Below are positions 62,133-64,000 of a stretch of DNA of 64,000 nucleotides, piece by piece. A model generated the notes under the pieces. That model saw only the letters and a list, made by a program, of their open reading frames with translations, did no database searches and was not told the origin of the DNA. The stretch is from assembly GCF_018350175.1 (NCBI RefSeq), contig NC_058383.1:11596001-11660000 (forward strand), written 5' to 3'. Every line of letters begins with the position of its first letter. Position 1 is the first letter of the stretch. This DNA is from Felis catus. Taxonomy: Eukaryota. The position numbers and the translations under genes were made by a program.

Positions 62133-64000
62133 GCCTCTGTGATTGTTAGTCTTATGTGTCCCCTGGGCTGGGTGACGGTGCCCAATTATGTAATCAGACA
62201 CTCATCTCCTGTCTCTACTTTTACTCCCCTTCCGCGTATTCTCGCCCCACAAGTCAGATGGGTCCTGGTAAAGCGCTAAGTCAGATCGCGCAATTCCGCT
62301 GCTCACCATGCAGTCGAAATTCCCATTTTGCTCGGGGTGAACACCAACACGCAATCGCTTTCGAGGCCCAATGTGATCCGGTCTTGATTTCTCTCTGATC
62401 TCATTTCTCGTTCTTCGTCTCACGCGCTCCAGCCACTCTGGCCTCCTCCTCTTCCTCAAGTGCAGCAGACATGCCGATGTCTTGTGGCCTTGCTCCTTAT
62501 CCCCTTCTGGAATATTCTGCCCTGAGATGTCCCCGTCGCTCACTCCCCATGGCCACCAGGGCATACCATCTACGTCATAGCACAGACGCATGACATGTTG
62601 GAGGTCCGTTGGCCAGCCCCATAACTTTCAAGTTGGGAAAACTGAGGAACACAGAGAGGCTGCATGACCTCCTTAGGATTTGACGTAAGCGAGGAGACGG
62701 GCAAAAGAACCTTGTTTCGCGTGTCTCCATTCTAAGAGATGTTTCTCAGAATAACCGTGTTGAGAGAAAGAGATTTGGCAACTGATCAGCCGGAGAACGT
62801 TTTCATCCACGTTTCTAGGCATAACAGGGGGTTATTAAAACTGGGATGCGTACAATGATGGATGGGTATTTAATCTTGCACTGTGTGGGAAGCAGACCTG
62901 GAAACTTCCGTGTCTCCTCCCTCCCTTTGCCTCCTCCGCAAACACTGGAGCTCAACGGAAGCGATCCCCACGTGAAGTGGCTGGGAAGAGAAGCCTATCC
63001 CAGCTCTGTACTTTTAACTGTGTCATATTCAATATTCCCTGGCAGGTGCAGAAGACGAGTCATTTCCCCTACTCCTCTCAAAATGTCCCTTTCATGTTTC
63101 ATAAACAACAGCTTTGCTACGCCATTGTCTCTGTTAGTTATTTTCATAATTCATAATTATCTCGGTTCTTAAAATGTAGACGTACATTTAAAAGCATGAT
63201 CCAATCGTGCTTGATTGCTGCCACATTGTGTTCAAGGTAATTACCATTCATTTGGCTTTTGAGGCTGTTGAATAAATTTTCCACATGAGATTCCTTAATT
63301 TGTACATATTTTATTGCTATAAAATAGGTATTGGCAAGCTGCCTAAACTGTAGTGAAGGCCTTTAATTCCTATCACTATGTGATAAAACAAATTGAGTGC
63401 GAACTGAGAGACTTAAGATAGAACACTTGAAATGGATTCCATGGTTTTTTTTTTTTTGCCTTCCCCCTCCTCCCGCCCCCCCAAACCAAGCTCCCCCAGG
63501 TGTGAGACACAGGTAAGATTAAGGTAGCTTAGTTCAGGCTGAGAGCTCAGAACTATTTTAGCATTTGTATAAAAATGATAATGTCCCTCCATGATGGCAA
63601 ACCTCTCTCTTCCCAAGATCTATTATTCCTTGGGGAAAGGCTGTTTGGAGAGAGAAGGTTATTAGCATTTTTCATGCATAGGAAGAGAAATGGAGTATTC
63701 TCAGAACAGAGCCAGGAAAGTCTTGGTCGAGGGAGAGACCGGGGCTGGGTGTGGGGAGACCAGGGGCCAGGAGCTGTTGTGGCCTTTGGGAGTCCTTCGG
63801 AAGGTCTGCTCACTTGTAAAATTAAGGTGTTGGAAGCCGTGATTCCTAAATTTAATTCACAGTTTGTTTTCCTGAAGCTATTGGTATCGTGGATTTAGCC
63901 GGGAGATCTTTCTACTGAGGCTTTCTCTAGAGTTTTAAAACTCACATCTACCCTTTTTCTTTTGCCCACCTTCTAAAATTAGTGAGATGAGAAGAGATGA

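Overview
This is mammalian genomic DNA, almost certainly from a felid: it carries 32 near full-length carnivore tRNA-derived Can-SINEs (SINEC_Fc type) plus two orphan SINE heads. I find no supportable protein-coding gene, RNA gene or CRISPR array. The supplied ORFs are SINE-derived, low-complexity or chance frames, except for short remnants of ERV-L gag, pol, integrase and dUTPase. The window looks like an intergenic region or long intron. It is built from SINEs, L1 remnants, MaLR (MLT1) LTRs, ERV1 and ERV-L relics, hAT DNA transposons and microsatellites, interleaved with repeat-free, motif-dense blocks that resemble developmental enhancers and one orphan CpG-island-like segment. The strongest unexplained structure is a ~3.75 kb inversion (~10926-14675) whose breakpoints split both an ERV1 internal region and an MLT1 LTR into complementary, oppositely oriented halves. 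Other notable items are a 33-bp dispersed copy of ERV sequence and a SINE with an exact 81-bp duplication of its Pol III A/B-box promoter. Repeat family names come from my recollection of consensus sequences, not from a database search. I do not see evidence for a new multi-gene biological system.
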